Shown here in pieces: positions 37,456-47,676 of a stretch of 64,000 bases of DNA. Each line of letters begins with the position of its first letter. Position 1 is the first letter of the stretch. The DNA is taken from assembly GCA_003250395.1 (NCBI GenBank), contig QKGM01000009.1, positions 19,788 through 83,787 on the forward strand, in the 5' to 3' direction. Position numbers and translations under genes: made by a program. This stretch comes from Bacteroidota bacterium. GTDB taxonomy: Bacteria; Bacteroidota; Bacteroidia; Bacteroidales; TTA-H9. A model generated the notes under the pieces. That model did no database searches and was not told the origin of the DNA. It saw only the letters and a list, made by a program, of their open reading frames with translations.

Positions 37456-38865
37456 ATGTTCTTAAAATCGATTGTGAAGAGAATAGCCTACGGGGGGCTA
37501 TTCCTGTTTGTTCTATCATGTCGTACTCTCAAACCAACAGCACCCGTCGAATCGGTGCTCCCGTATTCAATTGAAAGTAATCCATCATATATTAGCCTGA
37601 CATTAGAAACTGGTATAGATGAAATCGAAACATTTATTAATCGACGACTCGACGGGCTGATATATGAAGATTTGGATCTGAATAACAATGGGGGTGACAA
37701 CCTCATGGTTAAGGCATGGAAACAGAGCAGAATTGAATTAGGGCTGAACGGTAATATACTCAGATATGAAATACCTCTTAAACTATGGATAAAATATTAT
37801 TATGAAAATAAGAGCCTCGGAATTGCATTCACACAACCCATCGAGCTTGAAGGGGCTATTCTACTCAAGTTTAAATCAGAATTATCTCTAAACCCAAACT
37901 GGACAGTAACCTCAAAAACAACTCCTGCAGGCTATAGCTGGCTCAAATCACCAGCCTTGAAATTTGGCCCTGTTGATATTCCGATTGGATTTCTTGCAGA
38001 CAATATTTTGAAAAACAATCAAAAACCAATAGCGCAGGCCATTGACAGGATGGTATCAGATGAATTGAATTTACGTCAATATGGTATCGATGCATGGAAA
38101 GCACTCAGTGCCCCGATAAAAATTAACGATGACTACAATACATGGGTGGCTCTGCAACCTGTTGAACTATACACAATTCCTTTATCTGGTATGAATGGAA
38201 AAATCGTTCACCAGATGAGTATAAAAGCACTAGCTGAAGTTTTTATCGGGCAACCACCATACCACAATGCGACTTTACTACCTGACATCAGAATTGTTGA
38301 CAAATTGGATAAAGATTTTTCAATATTGTTGCAAACGAGGCTTTCATATATAGGAATGCAATCAATGGCGACTAAATATCTGGTGGGCAAAACATTTCAG
38401 ATAGGTAACCGGTCAGTTAAAGTAATACAGATTGCTATCTTCCCTGCAGGAGATAAAGTTGCCCTTCAAGCAGAAATTGAAGGTGATGTCAAAGGAACAA
38501 TATATTTTACAGGAGTACCGGTATACGACTATGCGACCGCTGAAATCAAGCTCGATAAGGTTGACTTTGATATTCGGACACGCAATGTGCTTCACAAGAC
38601 TGCCAGTTGGTTACTAAATGGTACTATCAACAGAAAAATTGGAGAAAAACTTGTATTCCCTATTCAGGAAGATGTTGAGAAAGCTAAACAACAAATAAAT
38701 GAGTATCTAAATAACACCAGGCTAACACCCGAACTGACGTTGAATGGGAGAATAGTTCGGCTAGGATTTGGAGAAATCAAAATATTGAACGATGGGCTAC
38801 TGATCCCAATAGAACTTGGAGGTAATCTCAAGGTAACATTTAAAGTATCGGATACAGGTAAATAG
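37456..38865 (+). CDS. DUF4403-like lipoprotein of unknown function
   Basis: 469 aa with a signal peptide and lipobox (LFLFVLSC). The family call is from overall resemblance only; no catalytic motif is evident. Confidence 0.5.
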   Translation: MFLKSIVKRIAYGGLFLFVLSCRTLKPTAPVESVLPYSIESNPSYISLTLETGIDEIETFINRRLDGLIYEDLDLNNNGGDNLMVKAWKQSRIELGLNGNILRYEIPLKLWIKYYYENKSLGIAFTQPIELEGAILLKFKSELSLNPNWTVTSKTTPAGYSWLKSPALKFGPVDIPIGFLADNILKNNQKPIAQAIDRMVSDELNLRQYGIDAWKALSAPIKINDDYNTWVALQPVELYTIPLSGMNGKIVHQMSIKALAEVFIGQPPYHNATLLPDIRIVDKLDKDFSILLQTRLSYIGMQSMATKYLVGKTFQIGNRSVKVIQIAIFPAGDKVALQAEIEGDVKGTIYFTGVPVYDYATAEIKLDKVDFDIRTRNVLHKTASWLLNGTINRKIGEKLVFPIQEDVEKAKQQINEYLNNTRLTPELTLNGRIVRLGFGEIKILNDGLLIPIELGGNLKVTFKVSDTGK

Positions 38866-39357
38866 CTTCCTGCGCTTTCCCTTTTTCATACACACTCAGC
38901 AAACGGTTAAAAACCCTATTATCGCTGAGATGCCTAATGTTTCTGCGAACGAACTACGCTATTAAAAACATTCCGGTAGGAAAACACAGGTATTAGATTC
39001 TTTGCTTTTCATTTTATGAATCTATTCAGCGTGAATATCTTCTGAAATAAAACTTCATATTGTTATCCAAATAGATTGACAATAAAAATCCATTGATCCG
39101 CCAAAAACTCTATAATGGATGTACCTTTCTGATAAAAGACCAAGCCCATAAAGATGAGTTGTTCAACAATAAATATCACCAGAACTATTCTGGCAAAAAG
39201 ATTAAAGTCGGCTTTACGCGTCTTCATAGGTGGAAATATAGTCTGTTCAACATTAGGATTCAAAGTTTAAAAGTAGAACTTTTTAGTAGACGGATTGTTT
39301 AGTGCTTTGAAAAAATTAGGAACAGGCCTGAAGAATGGCTGACTATAAACCCTCATT

Positions 39358-40866
39358 ATGATTGAAAAAATTCTTGTAGCTAACCGTGGAGAAATCGCAG
39401 TTAGAATTATGCGCTCTTGCCGTGAGGTTGGAATCCACTGTGTAGCCGTGTTCTCTGAGGTTGACAGAAAAGCAATGCATGTCAGATATGCTGATGAAGC
39501 TATATGTATTGGCCCTGCACCATCAAACGAAAGTTATCTTGATATTGATAAGATCATCGACGCAGCAAAATCAACTGGCGCAGATGCAATCCATCCGGGA
39601 TACGGTTTTTTATCGGAAAATGCCATGTTCGCTGAAAGATGTGCTAAAGAAGGGATAATATTCATTGGACCGTCTGCCGAAGCTATCAGGATCATGGGCG
39701 ACAAGATTAGTGCCCGGCAAGCAGTATCAAAGAATAAAGTACCTGTTGTCCCAGGTACTGATGGGCCGATAACAGATGAAGATGAAGCGCTGAATTTCAT
39801 TCATCAGATTGGGCTACCTGTAATGATCAAAGCATCGGCAGGAGGAGGAGGGAAAGGGATGCGCCTGGTGAAAGTAGAGAATGAGATTAAATCAGCCATC
39901 AGAGCAGCCCGATCAGAGGCAAAATCTGCTTTCGGCAACGATGCAATATTTATAGAAAAATACATTGACTCACCACACCACATTGAATTTCAAATTCTTG
40001 CCGATCAATTTGGCAATACTATACACCTTTTCGAACGGGAATGCTCAGTACAACGTCGCCACCAAAAAGTAGTAGAAGAAACTCCTTCACCGCTGATGAC
40101 GCCAGAACTAAGAAAAGAGATGGGGAAAATGGCTGTTCAGGCAGCTAAATCTGTTAATTACTATGGTGCTGGTACAATTGAATTCATCGTTGATGACAAT
40201 CTGAACTACTACTTCCTTGAGATGAATACCCGGCTCCAGGTTGAACACCCTATTACAGAAAGGGTGGTAGGAATAGATCTGGTCAAACAACAGATCAATA
40301 TAGCTAATGGTGAAAAGCTTGAACTTGATCAGGAAGAATTAAGACAGAATGGTCATGCGATCGAATGCAGGATATATGCTGAAGACCCTGATAATAACTT
40401 CATGCCAAGTCCCGGACTTATTCAACATATCACAGAACCGCTTGGGTTAGGAGTTCGTCATGACGGGTATGTATACGAAGGTTATGAAATTCCGATATAC
40501 TATGACCCTCTTATTTCAAAGCTGATAGTATGGGCAGGTACCCGTGATGAGGCAATTAACAGGATGCGCCGAGCTCTGTATTCATACAAAATAACAGGTG
40601 TTAAAACCTCTATTCGTTTCTTGAAACGTATCATGGAATGCCCGGATTTCAGGCATGGAAATTACAATACTCATTTCATTGAGAAGAACCTTGAGTTTCT
40701 GATGAAAAAACAGGATTGTACTTCTGACTGTGAAGATGTCGCAATCATGACTATACTTATTGATTACCTTGATAAACTTGAACAGGCCCAACCGACCCGC
40801 CCTGAAGGACAGAGGGGGAACCTATGGAAAGAATACGGCCGTCGTCGTAGCCTGCTACGTTTATAA
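39358..40866 (+). CDS. accC: Biotin carboxylase subunit of an acyl-CoA carboxylase
   Basis: 502 aa. MIEKILVANRGEIAVRIMR, ATP-grasp (GGGGKGMR), EMNTRLQVEHPITE. Confidence 0.92.
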   Translation: MIEKILVANRGEIAVRIMRSCREVGIHCVAVFSEVDRKAMHVRYADEAICIGPAPSNESYLDIDKIIDAAKSTGADAIHPGYGFLSENAMFAERCAKEGIIFIGPSAEAIRIMGDKISARQAVSKNKVPVVPGTDGPITDEDEALNFIHQIGLPVMIKASAGGGGKGMRLVKVENEIKSAIRAARSEAKSAFGNDAIFIEKYIDSPHHIEFQILADQFGNTIHLFERECSVQRRHQKVVEETPSPLMTPELRKEMGKMAVQAAKSVNYYGAGTIEFIVDDNLNYYFLEMNTRLQVEHPITERVVGIDLVKQQINIANGEKLELDQEELRQNGHAIECRIYAEDPDNNFMPSPGLIQHITEPLGLGVRHDGYVYEGYEIPIYYDPLISKLIVWAGTRDEAINRMRRALYSYKITGVKTSIRFLKRIMECPDFRHGNYNTHFIEKNLEFLMKKQDCTSDCEDVAIMTILIDYLDKLEQAQPTRPEGQRGNLWKEYGRRRSLLRL

Positions 40867-40887
40867 AACTTTACCTATTGAAATTAT

Positions 40888-41343
40888 ATGAAGAACACGA
40901 AGAATTACCTTTTACGAATATTTACAATAGATTATACTCCCTCCTGGTTGAATTCCATTGGGTTACTAATCGTCCGATTTGGTTTCGGTTTCTTGATGCT
41001 CTTCGGACATGGCTGGATGAAATGGATGAATTTCAGCCTGATGTCTTCCTCTTTCCCTGACCCGCTAGGTGTTGGGAACGCTAACTCAATGTCTCTTGCT
41101 ATCTTTTCCGAAGTGGTATGCTCCTTACTCGTTTTAGCTGGCTTTTTAACCCGTGTTGCTCTGATACCATTAATTATTACAATGATGGTCGCATTTTTCT
41201 CAGTCCATGGAGGTGATCCATTCACCATTAGAGAATTATCAATGGTATATCTACTGGTTTTCATAACCCTTTTTATTACAGGACCTGGAAAGTATTCGGT
41301 TGATCACTTTCTTCAGCGGAAACTAACAAAAAAACAAAACTAA
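40888..41343 (+). CDS. DoxX family membrane protein
   Basis: 151 aa with 4 TM helices. DoxX-like pattern (LLIVRFGFGFLMLFGHGWMK ... EVVCSLLVLAGFLTRVALIPLIITMMVAFF ... GPGKYSVD). Its stop overlaps the start of the next gene (TAATG). Confidence 0.7.
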   Translation: MKNTKNYLLRIFTIDYTPSWLNSIGLLIVRFGFGFLMLFGHGWMKWMNFSLMSSSFPDPLGVGNANSMSLAIFSEVVCSLLVLAGFLTRVALIPLIITMMVAFFSVHGGDPFTIRELSMVYLLVFITLFITGPGKYSVDHFLQRKLTKKQN

Positions 41344-41852
41344 TGGCTTTGGAAATTAAACTTAATGAACGAACAGCCCTTGTAGATTTATTGGCCCGCC
41401 ATGGAAACCATGTTTTTATCAGAATTGACAATAAGGAATACGATGCTGACATTGTTCAGGTTGAACGAGGCGTGTACTCTATATTGATTAACGGGCACTC
41501 ATTTAACGTGGAATTAATTCCGGGGGAAACGCCTAAAACTTATTCTGTCAACACCTACCTTAATTCTTATCAGGCAGAAATTATTGATGCAGAAACAAAA
41601 TACAGGCACAGCCGCGAAAAGGGGCTGCAACTGGAAGAGGAAAAAATTATAGAATCGCCCATGCCAGGAAAAGTTGTCAAGATAACATGCCAGATCGGTG
41701 ACCAAGTAGAAACAGGACAAACTCTGATTATCCTGTCGGCAATGAAAATGGAGAGTGAATTTAAGGCAAGGACCTCAGGAAAGGTGACCGAATTACGCGT
41801 AAAAGAAGGTGACACAGTAGAAGGAAAACAAGTATTAATTGTGATAGATTAA
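41343..41852 (+). CDS. Biotin carboxyl carrier protein (biotinyl domain)
   Basis: 169 aa. C-terminal biotinyl domain with the attachment motif SAMKMESE. Confidence 0.85.
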   Translation: MALEIKLNERTALVDLLARHGNHVFIRIDNKEYDADIVQVERGVYSILINGHSFNVELIPGETPKTYSVNTYLNSYQAEIIDAETKYRHSREKGLQLEEEKIIESPMPGKVVKITCQIGDQVETGQTLIILSAMKMESEFKARTSGKVTELRVKEGDTVEGKQVLIVID

Positions 41853-41856
41853 GCCC

Positions 41857-43389
41857 ATGTCAACAGAAGAAAAACTTAAAACCCTGGAAGAAATGAACCG
41901 TCTGGCAGAACTCGGCGGTGGTGAAGAACGAATTGCCAAACAGCATGCAGCAGGAAGGAAAACGGCCCGTGAGCGTATCCAAGATATGCTCGATAAAGAA
42001 ACCTTTGTTGAACTGGACAAATTTGTGACCCATCGGACAACAGATTTCGGAATGGAACAACAAAAATATCTTGGCGATGGGATGATAACCGGTTACGGAA
42101 AGATAGACGGCAGACTGGTGTATATTTTTGCCCAGGATTTCACTGTCTTCGGAGGCTCGATGAGTCGTGCAAATGCCGACAAAGTGGTCAAGGTCATGGA
42201 TATGGCCATGCGAATGGGCGCTCCAATCATTGGATTAAACGATTCTGGCGGTGCCCGTATTCAGGAAGGCGTTGAAAGTCTTGGGGGCTATGCTGATATA
42301 TTTTACCGAAATGTAATGTCGTCGGGAGTAATTCCACAGATAAGCGCTATCCTTGGACCTTGTGCTGGAGGGGCTGTCTATTCGCCGGCAATTACTGACT
42401 TTATCTTTATGGTTAAAGATTCCAGCTATATGTTTGTTACCGGTCCGGATGTCATTAAAACTGTAACACATGAGGAGGTGAGCAAGGAAGATCTCGGTGG
42501 TGCCATGACCCATAACTCCCGATCGGGTGTGGCTCATTTTGTAGCCGAAGATGATGAGCAAGCTATGATGATGATCCGCGAACTGGTAGGATTCCTTCCT
42601 TCCAACAACATGGAAGATGCCCCTGTTCATCCTTGCCTGGATCCAGTGAATCGGCGTGATGAACATTTACAGGACGTGGTACCCGATGACCCTAACAAAC
42701 CCTACGACATGAAAGAGATCATCACAACAGTTGCCGATGATCGTAACTTTTTTGAGGTTCAACCCTTCTTTGCGCCAAATATCATAACCGGTTTTATTCG
42801 CCTTGGTGGACACTCGATTGGCGTAGTGGCCAATCAACCGCAGTTGCTTGCAGGGGTTCTCAATATTGATGCCTCTGTAAAGGCTGCCCGTTTTGTCAGA
42901 TTTTGTGACTCTTTCAACATCCCTATACTCACGCTTGTTGATGTCCCGGGCTTCCTTCCTGGCACCGAGCAGGAATTCGGCGGTATTATACGTCACGGAG
43001 CCAAACTTCTGTACGCGTATGCCGAAGCAACAGTTCCAAAGGTTACCCTCATTACCCGTAAAGCATATGGAGGTGCTTATGACGTAATGTCAAGCAAACA
43101 CATAGGCGCCGATGTAAACTATGCATACCCTACCGCAGAGATCGCTGTAATGGGGCCAGAAGGAGCGGTAAATATACTTTACCGAAAGCTTAACGATGAT
43201 GAGCGCCGCCAGGCTGTAGACGACTACAAAACCAAATTTGCGACTCCCTACAAAGCAGCCTCACTGGGTTATATCGATGAAATAATACACCCGCGAGACA
43301 GCCGTTTTAAACTCATTCAGGCATTCGAAATGACTCGCAATAAAAGCAAACATAATCCGGTAAAAAAACATGGGAATATCCCTTTATAA
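41857..43389 (+). CDS. Acyl-CoA carboxylase carboxyltransferase beta subunit (propionyl-CoA carboxylase beta / methylmalonyl-CoA carboxyltransferase family)
   Basis: 510 aa. Typical N- and C-terminal crotonase-like CT halves (GGARIQEGVESLGGY, GGAYDVM). Confidence 0.92.
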   Translation: MSTEEKLKTLEEMNRLAELGGGEERIAKQHAAGRKTARERIQDMLDKETFVELDKFVTHRTTDFGMEQQKYLGDGMITGYGKIDGRLVYIFAQDFTVFGGSMSRANADKVVKVMDMAMRMGAPIIGLNDSGGARIQEGVESLGGYADIFYRNVMSSGVIPQISAILGPCAGGAVYSPAITDFIFMVKDSSYMFVTGPDVIKTVTHEEVSKEDLGGAMTHNSRSGVAHFVAEDDEQAMMMIRELVGFLPSNNMEDAPVHPCLDPVNRRDEHLQDVVPDDPNKPYDMKEIITTVADDRNFFEVQPFFAPNIITGFIRLGGHSIGVVANQPQLLAGVLNIDASVKAARFVRFCDSFNIPILTLVDVPGFLPGTEQEFGGIIRHGAKLLYAYAEATVPKVTLITRKAYGGAYDVMSSKHIGADVNYAYPTAEIAVMGPEGAVNILYRKLNDDERRQAVDDYKTKFATPYKAASLGYIDEIIHPRDSRFKLIQAFEMTRNKSKHNPVKKHGNIPL

Positions 43390-43550
43390 CTAATTAACAA
43401 ACATTCCGGTAAAAACCGCTACAGAAATTCAATACTGGATTCTGTAATTAAGAATCTACAACTGGTGGTTCACAATCCAATTCCGCCCGAGTATAATTCC
43501 TGATTATACACATAGTTTTACTGTCACTTCTCAACGTTTGTACAATCCCC

Positions 43551-43558
43551 TATCTTTG
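43551..43558 (+). promoter_or_regulatory. -7 box (TATCTTTG) for the GT39 gene
   Basis: Exact TAnnTTTG, 18 nt upstream of ATG 43576. Confidence 0.5.
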
Positions 43559-43575
43559 CAGATAAATAGGAAGAC

Positions 43576-45147
43576 ATGTTACAGATAAAGGATCCTGACA
43601 TTCGTAAATCATTTGTTCTGTTGGCTACAGTATCAGCCTTCGTCAGGGCATTTCTTGCAGCAACTCTCGAATTCGGAAACGATGAAGTTTATTACTGGAC
43701 CTTTGCAGTATATCCCGACCTGAGTCATTTTGACCATCCTCCAATGGTTGGTTGGGTTATTCAGCTCTTCTCTCTTAATCTTATTATGGATTCTGAGTTG
43801 TTTATCAGATTAGGTTCAGTTATCTTCGGAATCATCAACCTGGGACTGGTCTTTCTGATCGGACGTGAAGTCCGTGATGAACGTACCGGCCTGTTCGCAG
43901 CACTACTCTATACAGCTTCTATATATGGTACAGTAATTACCGGCGTCTTCATATTGCCTGATACTCCGCAAAATTTATTTTGGTTGTTGGGTTTATGGCT
44001 CTTTTTCAGAGCTTTTAACGAAAAGTATACTGATAAACTCCGAAAAAACTATCTTTTTCTGGCGTTCGTGATGAGTGGATTCAGTATCTTGTCTAAATAC
44101 ACTGGTGTATTCCTCATTTTTGGCGGATTAGTTTATATTATCAGTTATCAACAGATTTGGCTTCGACGAAAAGAATTCTTCCTGGGACTTCTGGCTGTTC
44201 TTTTGATCACTACCCCGATTCTTTTCTGGAATATAGAAAACAATTTTATAAGCTTTACCTATCAGGGGGCCAGGATGGATGTCTCACAGGGAGGCTTCCG
44301 TCCCGATTATTTCGCCACTGAAGTACTGGGGCAGATACTCTATAACAACCCTGTGAATTTCGTTTTGATCGTAATGGCCTTTTTTGCATTAAGACGTAAT
44401 AAATACATTAATTCAAACCAACGATGGCTATTGCTTTTTACCAGTTTGCCCATGATTGCTGTATTTCTCACCTTTTCACTCTTCAGGCAAACATTACCAC
44501 ACTGGACCGGCCCCTCCTATCATAGTTTGATGATATTGGCTGCAGCCTGGTTGGCATCCAAATACCCAGAAAGCCGTTTTCCCACTCCGCTAAGGTGGGC
44601 CGTTGGGATATGTTCATTTATTGTTATACTGGGCTTCACCCAGATAAAAACTGGAATAATCCCTTTTCCAAAAGAGACAGAATCACGCAAACTTGGAAAA
44701 TCAGATCCAACACTTGACATGTATGGATGGCGGCAACTAGGAGTTGAATTCAAACAACTGGCTGCTTCAGATACCATCACAAGATTAATGAAACCTAATT
44801 CACCTATCTTCAGTTATCGCTGGTTTCCGGCTGCCAATCTGGATTTTTATGTAGCCTGGCCTTCTCAGCGTTTTGTATATACATTTGGTCCGCTGGATAA
44901 AATCCACAAGTATCTTTGGATAGACTATGCTCTTGGTATCCCCGCCGATAGTTCTGATGCTTATTTCATTACATCGAGTCGTGATTTCTATGATCCAGGG
45001 CAACTCTACGGCAAAGCGTTTGAGAAAATTTTACCCCCGGACAGCATCGCAATTCTTCGGGGAGGTGAAACTGTAATGTATCATTATATTTATCGAATGA
45101 AAGGGTTGCGAATGAAGAATCTACCTTTCCCCTACACTACAAATTGA
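43576..45147 (+). CDS. Glycosyltransferase family 39 (ArnT / dolichyl-phosphate-mannose protein mannosyltransferase-like)
   Basis: 523 aa, polytopic. N-terminal loop motif FGNDEVYYW...DHPPMVGW is typical of GT-C/GT39 enzymes. Confidence 0.8.
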   Translation: MLQIKDPDIRKSFVLLATVSAFVRAFLAATLEFGNDEVYYWTFAVYPDLSHFDHPPMVGWVIQLFSLNLIMDSELFIRLGSVIFGIINLGLVFLIGREVRDERTGLFAALLYTASIYGTVITGVFILPDTPQNLFWLLGLWLFFRAFNEKYTDKLRKNYLFLAFVMSGFSILSKYTGVFLIFGGLVYIISYQQIWLRRKEFFLGLLAVLLITTPILFWNIENNFISFTYQGARMDVSQGGFRPDYFATEVLGQILYNNPVNFVLIVMAFFALRRNKYINSNQRWLLLFTSLPMIAVFLTFSLFRQTLPHWTGPSYHSLMILAAAWLASKYPESRFPTPLRWAVGICSFIVILGFTQIKTGIIPFPKETESRKLGKSDPTLDMYGWRQLGVEFKQLAASDTITRLMKPNSPIFSYRWFPAANLDFYVAWPSQRFVYTFGPLDKIHKYLWIDYALGIPADSSDAYFITSSRDFYDPGQLYGKAFEKILPPDSIAILRGGETVMYHYIYRMKGLRMKNLPFPYTTN

Positions 45148-45207
45148 ATAGACATAGATTATTCTTCAGGTTAGAAAAAATCTATTTATCCAATAATTAT
45201 CATTTAA

Positions 45208-45690
45208 ATGAAAACAGCCATTGTATATGCGTCAAATCATGGAGCCACCGAGAGCGTGGTTAACCAGTTGGCGGGCCTTCTGGCCGGGGAACCTGCTGAA
45301 GTGATTAATCTTAGGAAAAATAAAAACTTCAATCCCAAAGGATATGAACGTGTAATCATTGGCGGAAGTATACACGTCGGACAAATACAAAAACCGGTAA
45401 AGCAATTCTGTATCAGATACGGAAATCAACTAATAAATACAAAATTGGGACTCTTTATTTGCTGTATGTACACTGAAGAACAGGCTTCACGGCAATTTGA
45501 ACTTAATTTCCCTGAAATCCTTCGCGAACACTCATCAAGCAACAAAATCGTAGGTGGTACTTTTAATTTCGAAAAAATGAACTGGTTCGAAAAAGTGATT
45601 GTTAAAAAAGTGGCAGGTGTAAACCAAACCATCTCCAATATTGATGATTCAAAAATTCGGGAAATCGCGGAAGAAATGGACAGAAACTAA
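45208..45690 (+). CDS. Flavodoxin-domain protein (HemG-like)
   Basis: 160 aa. The MKTAIVYASNHGATE FMN-binding start and the length fit short flavodoxin-like/HemG-type proteins. Confidence 0.7.
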   Translation: MKTAIVYASNHGATESVVNQLAGLLAGEPAEVINLRKNKNFNPKGYERVIIGGSIHVGQIQKPVKQFCIRYGNQLINTKLGLFICCMYTEEQASRQFELNFPEILREHSSSNKIVGGTFNFEKMNWFEKVIVKKVAGVNQTISNIDDSKIREIAEEMDRN

Positions 45691-45786
45691 ATTACAGAGA
45701 GCCTTACCCCACGATCATTAGTCTATTATCGTAAGAATCAAGTAAAACGCTTAATCAAAATAATAGCCAGATTGGGCAGATCATAA

Positions 45787-46263
45787 TCAAAAAAAACTTC
45801 TGATAAACAGTATAATCATTACCCCGCCAAAGATCAACTTCATCAACGTACCAGCAAGAAAGCCAAGAAATGAGCCAATTGCCGAACGTAGTGCTGTTCT
45901 GGAATCACTACCATAAGTTATCTCCCCAATATAAGCCCCAAGAAACGGGCCGATGATTACTCCAAACGGGCCCATAGTTAGAATTCCTATAACCAAGCCA
46001 ATGGCGCTTCCTGTTGCTCCACGCTTCGTCCCTCCAAACTTACGTGTACCATATACTGGCACCCAATAGTCGAGTACGGTAATAATTACAGCTACAATTC
46101 CCCAGAACACAAGAAAATCGATCGTAAATGGATGTCGTTCAGTAAAATGCAAGACTACCAGAGCCAGGTATGAAAGCGGAGGCCCGGGAATAACAGGAAG
46201 AACCGATCCGGCAAGGCCTGCAATTAGCAATACGATACCAGTAACGATCAGTATATAATCCAT
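45787..46263 (-). CDS. DUF456 family membrane protein
   Basis: 158 aa with 4 TM helices and Gly-rich segments (LAGSVLPVIPGPPLSY, GPFGVIIGPFLGAYIGE). Confidence 0.65.
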   Translation of the reverse strand: MDYILIVTGIVLLIAGLAGSVLPVIPGPPLSYLALVVLHFTERHPFTIDFLVFWGIVAVIITVLDYWVPVYGTRKFGGTKRGATGSAIGLVIGILTMGPFGVIIGPFLGAYIGEITYGSDSRTALRSAIGSFLGFLAGTLMKLIFGGVMIILFIRSFF

Positions 46264-46404
46264 ATGCTAACAGTTTGAATGAGAATACAAAGATACGAGT
46301 TTAACGAAGGGTTGTATCGCATGATGACTAAATCATTCCCAAACAGCATAATGTCAGAGCCCTTTCAGAGGTATGCTTTCCATAACCCGTCTTCTAAAAA
46401 ACAG

Positions 46405-46412
46405 TATTTTTG
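46405..46412 (+). promoter_or_regulatory. -7 box (TATTTTTG) for lolC/E
   Basis: Exact TAnnTTTG, 18 nt upstream of ATG 46430. Confidence 0.5.
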
Positions 46413-46429
46413 CACTGGAATTTCAGCAT

Positions 46430-47659
46430 ATGAAACGATTCGCCTTCTTTATAGCACACCGGTTGGCATCAGGTACCTCAAAAGGGGTCTCCTCGGTTAT
46501 CATCAGACTTGCGATAATCAGTGTAGCCTTAGGCATCTCGATCATGATGATTTCAATTTCAATTCTTGGTGGTTTCAGACGCGAAATTCAGGAAAAAATC
46601 TCAGCCTATACCGGTCACATCCGAATCAGCAGCTTTACAGGAAATGAATCGTTTGAAGCCACTCCTATATCTTTATCCCAGAGATTTTATCCCTGGAACA
46701 GTCAATTGCCCCCTATCCGCCATATTCAGCAATACGCCACTAAGGCAGGCATCATCAAAACCAACGATCAAATAATGGGGATTGTATTCAAAGGCGTAAC
46801 CACAGACTTTGATTCATCATTCTTTCACGGGAAACTGATTGCAGGTCACTGCCCACGCACATACGATACCTGTACATCAAACGATATCATGATAAGTTCT
46901 GTTATCGCCCGGAAACTGGATTTCAAAACAGGAGATCCATTACGAATCTGGTTTATAACCGGGAATGAACTTGTTCCCCGTGGACGAAAGTTAAACATAT
47001 GCGGAATTTACGACACAGGCCTCGAGGAATTTGATCAACTCTTCTTGTTCGGCGACCTCAGACATCTTAAACGGCTCAACAATTGGGAGGATGACCAGAT
47101 AGGAGGATTTGAAATCTTTTTAAACGATTTTTCCCAAATCGACGATTATGGCGACCGATTATATGAAATAACCAACTATGACCTGGATGTTAAAACAATA
47201 AAACAACTCTATCCCCAGATCTTCGACTGGCTTGATCTTCAAAACATAAACGTAGCAGTGATTCTGGGGCTCATGGTCTTTGTTGCAGCCATTGCCCTCG
47301 TAAGTGTGCTACTGGTACTAATACTTGAGCAAACCAATTTCATTGGTATACTGAAGGCAATGGGTGCCAGTTCCGGGAAAATCAGACAAATATTCCTGAT
47401 TCAGGCATCCCGGATCGCCCTCAAAGGAATGATCTGGGGCAATGTCGTTGCGGCCATCTTTATTGGCATTCAGATGCATTTTAAGATTATCAGGCTTCCG
47501 CAGGAAGCTTATTATGTAAGTTCCGTTCCAGTACTTATTAACTGGCCCCAAATGATTCTCCTGAACTTGGGGGCACTTATCATATGTATTGTTATTCTGG
47601 CCTTACCGGCGTTGCTTATCGAAAAAATAAGTCCGGTCAAAGCCATCCGGTTTAGTTGA
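46430..47659 (+). CDS. Lipoprotein-release-type ABC permease (LolC/LolE, FtsX family)
   Basis: Start at MKRFAFFIAHRL, 18 nt after a TATTTTTG box that lies inside the longer track ORF. It has a periplasmic MacB-like domain and a C-terminal FtsX bundle (LEQTNFIGILKAMGAS). Confidence 0.8.
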   Translation: MKRFAFFIAHRLASGTSKGVSSVIIRLAIISVALGISIMMISISILGGFRREIQEKISAYTGHIRISSFTGNESFEATPISLSQRFYPWNSQLPPIRHIQQYATKAGIIKTNDQIMGIVFKGVTTDFDSSFFHGKLIAGHCPRTYDTCTSNDIMISSVIARKLDFKTGDPLRIWFITGNELVPRGRKLNICGIYDTGLEEFDQLFLFGDLRHLKRLNNWEDDQIGGFEIFLNDFSQIDDYGDRLYEITNYDLDVKTIKQLYPQIFDWLDLQNINVAVILGLMVFVAAIALVSVLLVLILEQTNFIGILKAMGASSGKIRQIFLIQASRIALKGMIWGNVVAAIFIGIQMHFKIIRLPQEAYYVSSVPVLINWPQMILLNLGALIICIVILALPALLIEKISPVKAIRFS

Positions 47660-47676
47660 TTTTATCAGCAGAAAAA

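Noticed and set aside
39358-43389. Calling the accC/carrier/carboxyltransferase set the housekeeping acetyl-CoA carboxylase or a Na+-pumping methylmalonyl-CoA decarboxylase
   Set aside because: The 510-aa single-chain carboxyltransferase is of the propionyl-/methylmalonyl-CoA type rather than AccA/AccD. A biotin carboxylase subunit is present, so the enzyme is a carboxylase. No oxaloacetate/methylmalonyl decarboxylase beta-type pump subunit is present. Substrate specificity cannot be read from the sequence.
46279-46647. 122-aa ORF overlapping the start of lolC/E
   Set aside because: It is out of frame with the well-supported permease and spans that gene's -7 box. Its translation is not protein-like.
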